Shown here in pieces: positions 63,358 through 64,000 of a stretch of DNA of 64,000 bases; the first letter of the stretch is position 1; each line of letters opens with the position of its first letter. The DNA comes from Lepidodermella squamata. Taxonomy: Eukaryota > Animalia > Gastrotricha. Both the position numbers and the translations under genes were made by a program. The notes under the pieces are model-generated. The model saw only the letters and a program-made list of their open reading frames with translations, searched no databases and was not told where the DNA came from. The stretch lies in the NCBI GenBank assembly GCA_047495785.1, contig JBLDXI010000034.1:248001-312000 (forward strand), written 5' to 3'.

Positions 63358-64000
63358 ATGAGTGATTTTTTTATTTCGCTCATTTTTTACGGTATTATTT
63401 TGATTTATTCAACAACATGCGAGGCGCCGAATGAAATTCTTATTGGTTGGTTCGTTAGATTTAAATTTTTCAATTTTAAATTTTTCAAATTCTTTTCAAT
63501 TTCAGGGAAAATCGAGAATGAGACTAGCACTGATTTCTTTGGCCTGGGACCTGAGGATAAGAATTTAGGCACTTTAAAATTTCTAATCATTTTCGACTTC
63601 TCAAAATTGGAAAATTGAAATTTTTAATAAATTTATTTATTCAATTTCACACAGAAATTTTCGAAATTTTAAATTTCAAAGTCCTAAAAATTCCCAATTC
63701 TCCCAAAAATTATATTTTTAACATTTATCGTTATTTTTTTTAATTTCAGGGAGAATCGATAACGAGACTAGCGTTGATTTCTTTGGCCTTGGACCTGAGG
63801 ATAAATCGCTGCTGACCAAATTATTGAGACCTGTGAGTTCGCGACGGAAACAGCCGCGAAAAACGCACCATAAACATCATAAACATCGCGATATGCCGCC
63901 AGGTAACTTAGCTTGGCCTTGTAAATTTTCGAATTTTATTCAAATTTCTTACCAGGTTACCAAGCAGCAGGCACCAACGGAATGCCGCGCAAAACAGGTG
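63358..64000 (+). CDS. Partial secreted His/Lys-rich protein; exons 63358..63445, 63750..63902, 63956..>64000
   Basis: Signal-like MSDFFISLIFYGIILIYSTTC, phase-1 introns, RRKQPRKTHHKHHKHR. Confidence 0.6.

Overview
Eukaryotic (metazoan invertebrate) genomic DNA, judged from short 48-61 nt GT-AG introns, a Cys-loop channel gene and TTAGGG-type repeats. The raw ORF track splits or misses most genes, so I assembled exon structures by hand. About 3-55 kb is a same-strand tandem array of ankyrin-repeat genes that begin with a signal-peptide-like segment ending in Cys-Cys: 9 apparently intact genes (444-~839 aa) and ~9 decayed copies or remnants. Ankyrin repeats are normally cytosolic. These look secreted and differ most at the binding-face positions, like a natural DARPin-type repertoire. 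Interleaved are small spliced peptide genes (a toxin-like KR/EEEAR precursor with two relatives, and a 12-Cys defensin-like gene with an in-frame TGA), a probable GPI-anchored LamG protein, and a 7-exon gene fusing two lectin-like domains to a divergent Cys-loop channel. The right end holds a PPC-like gene and mucin-like, Pro-rich and His/Lys-rich secreted proteins. MITEs, LINE and transposase fragments are scattered through the array. No searches were run; all family names come from motif recognition.
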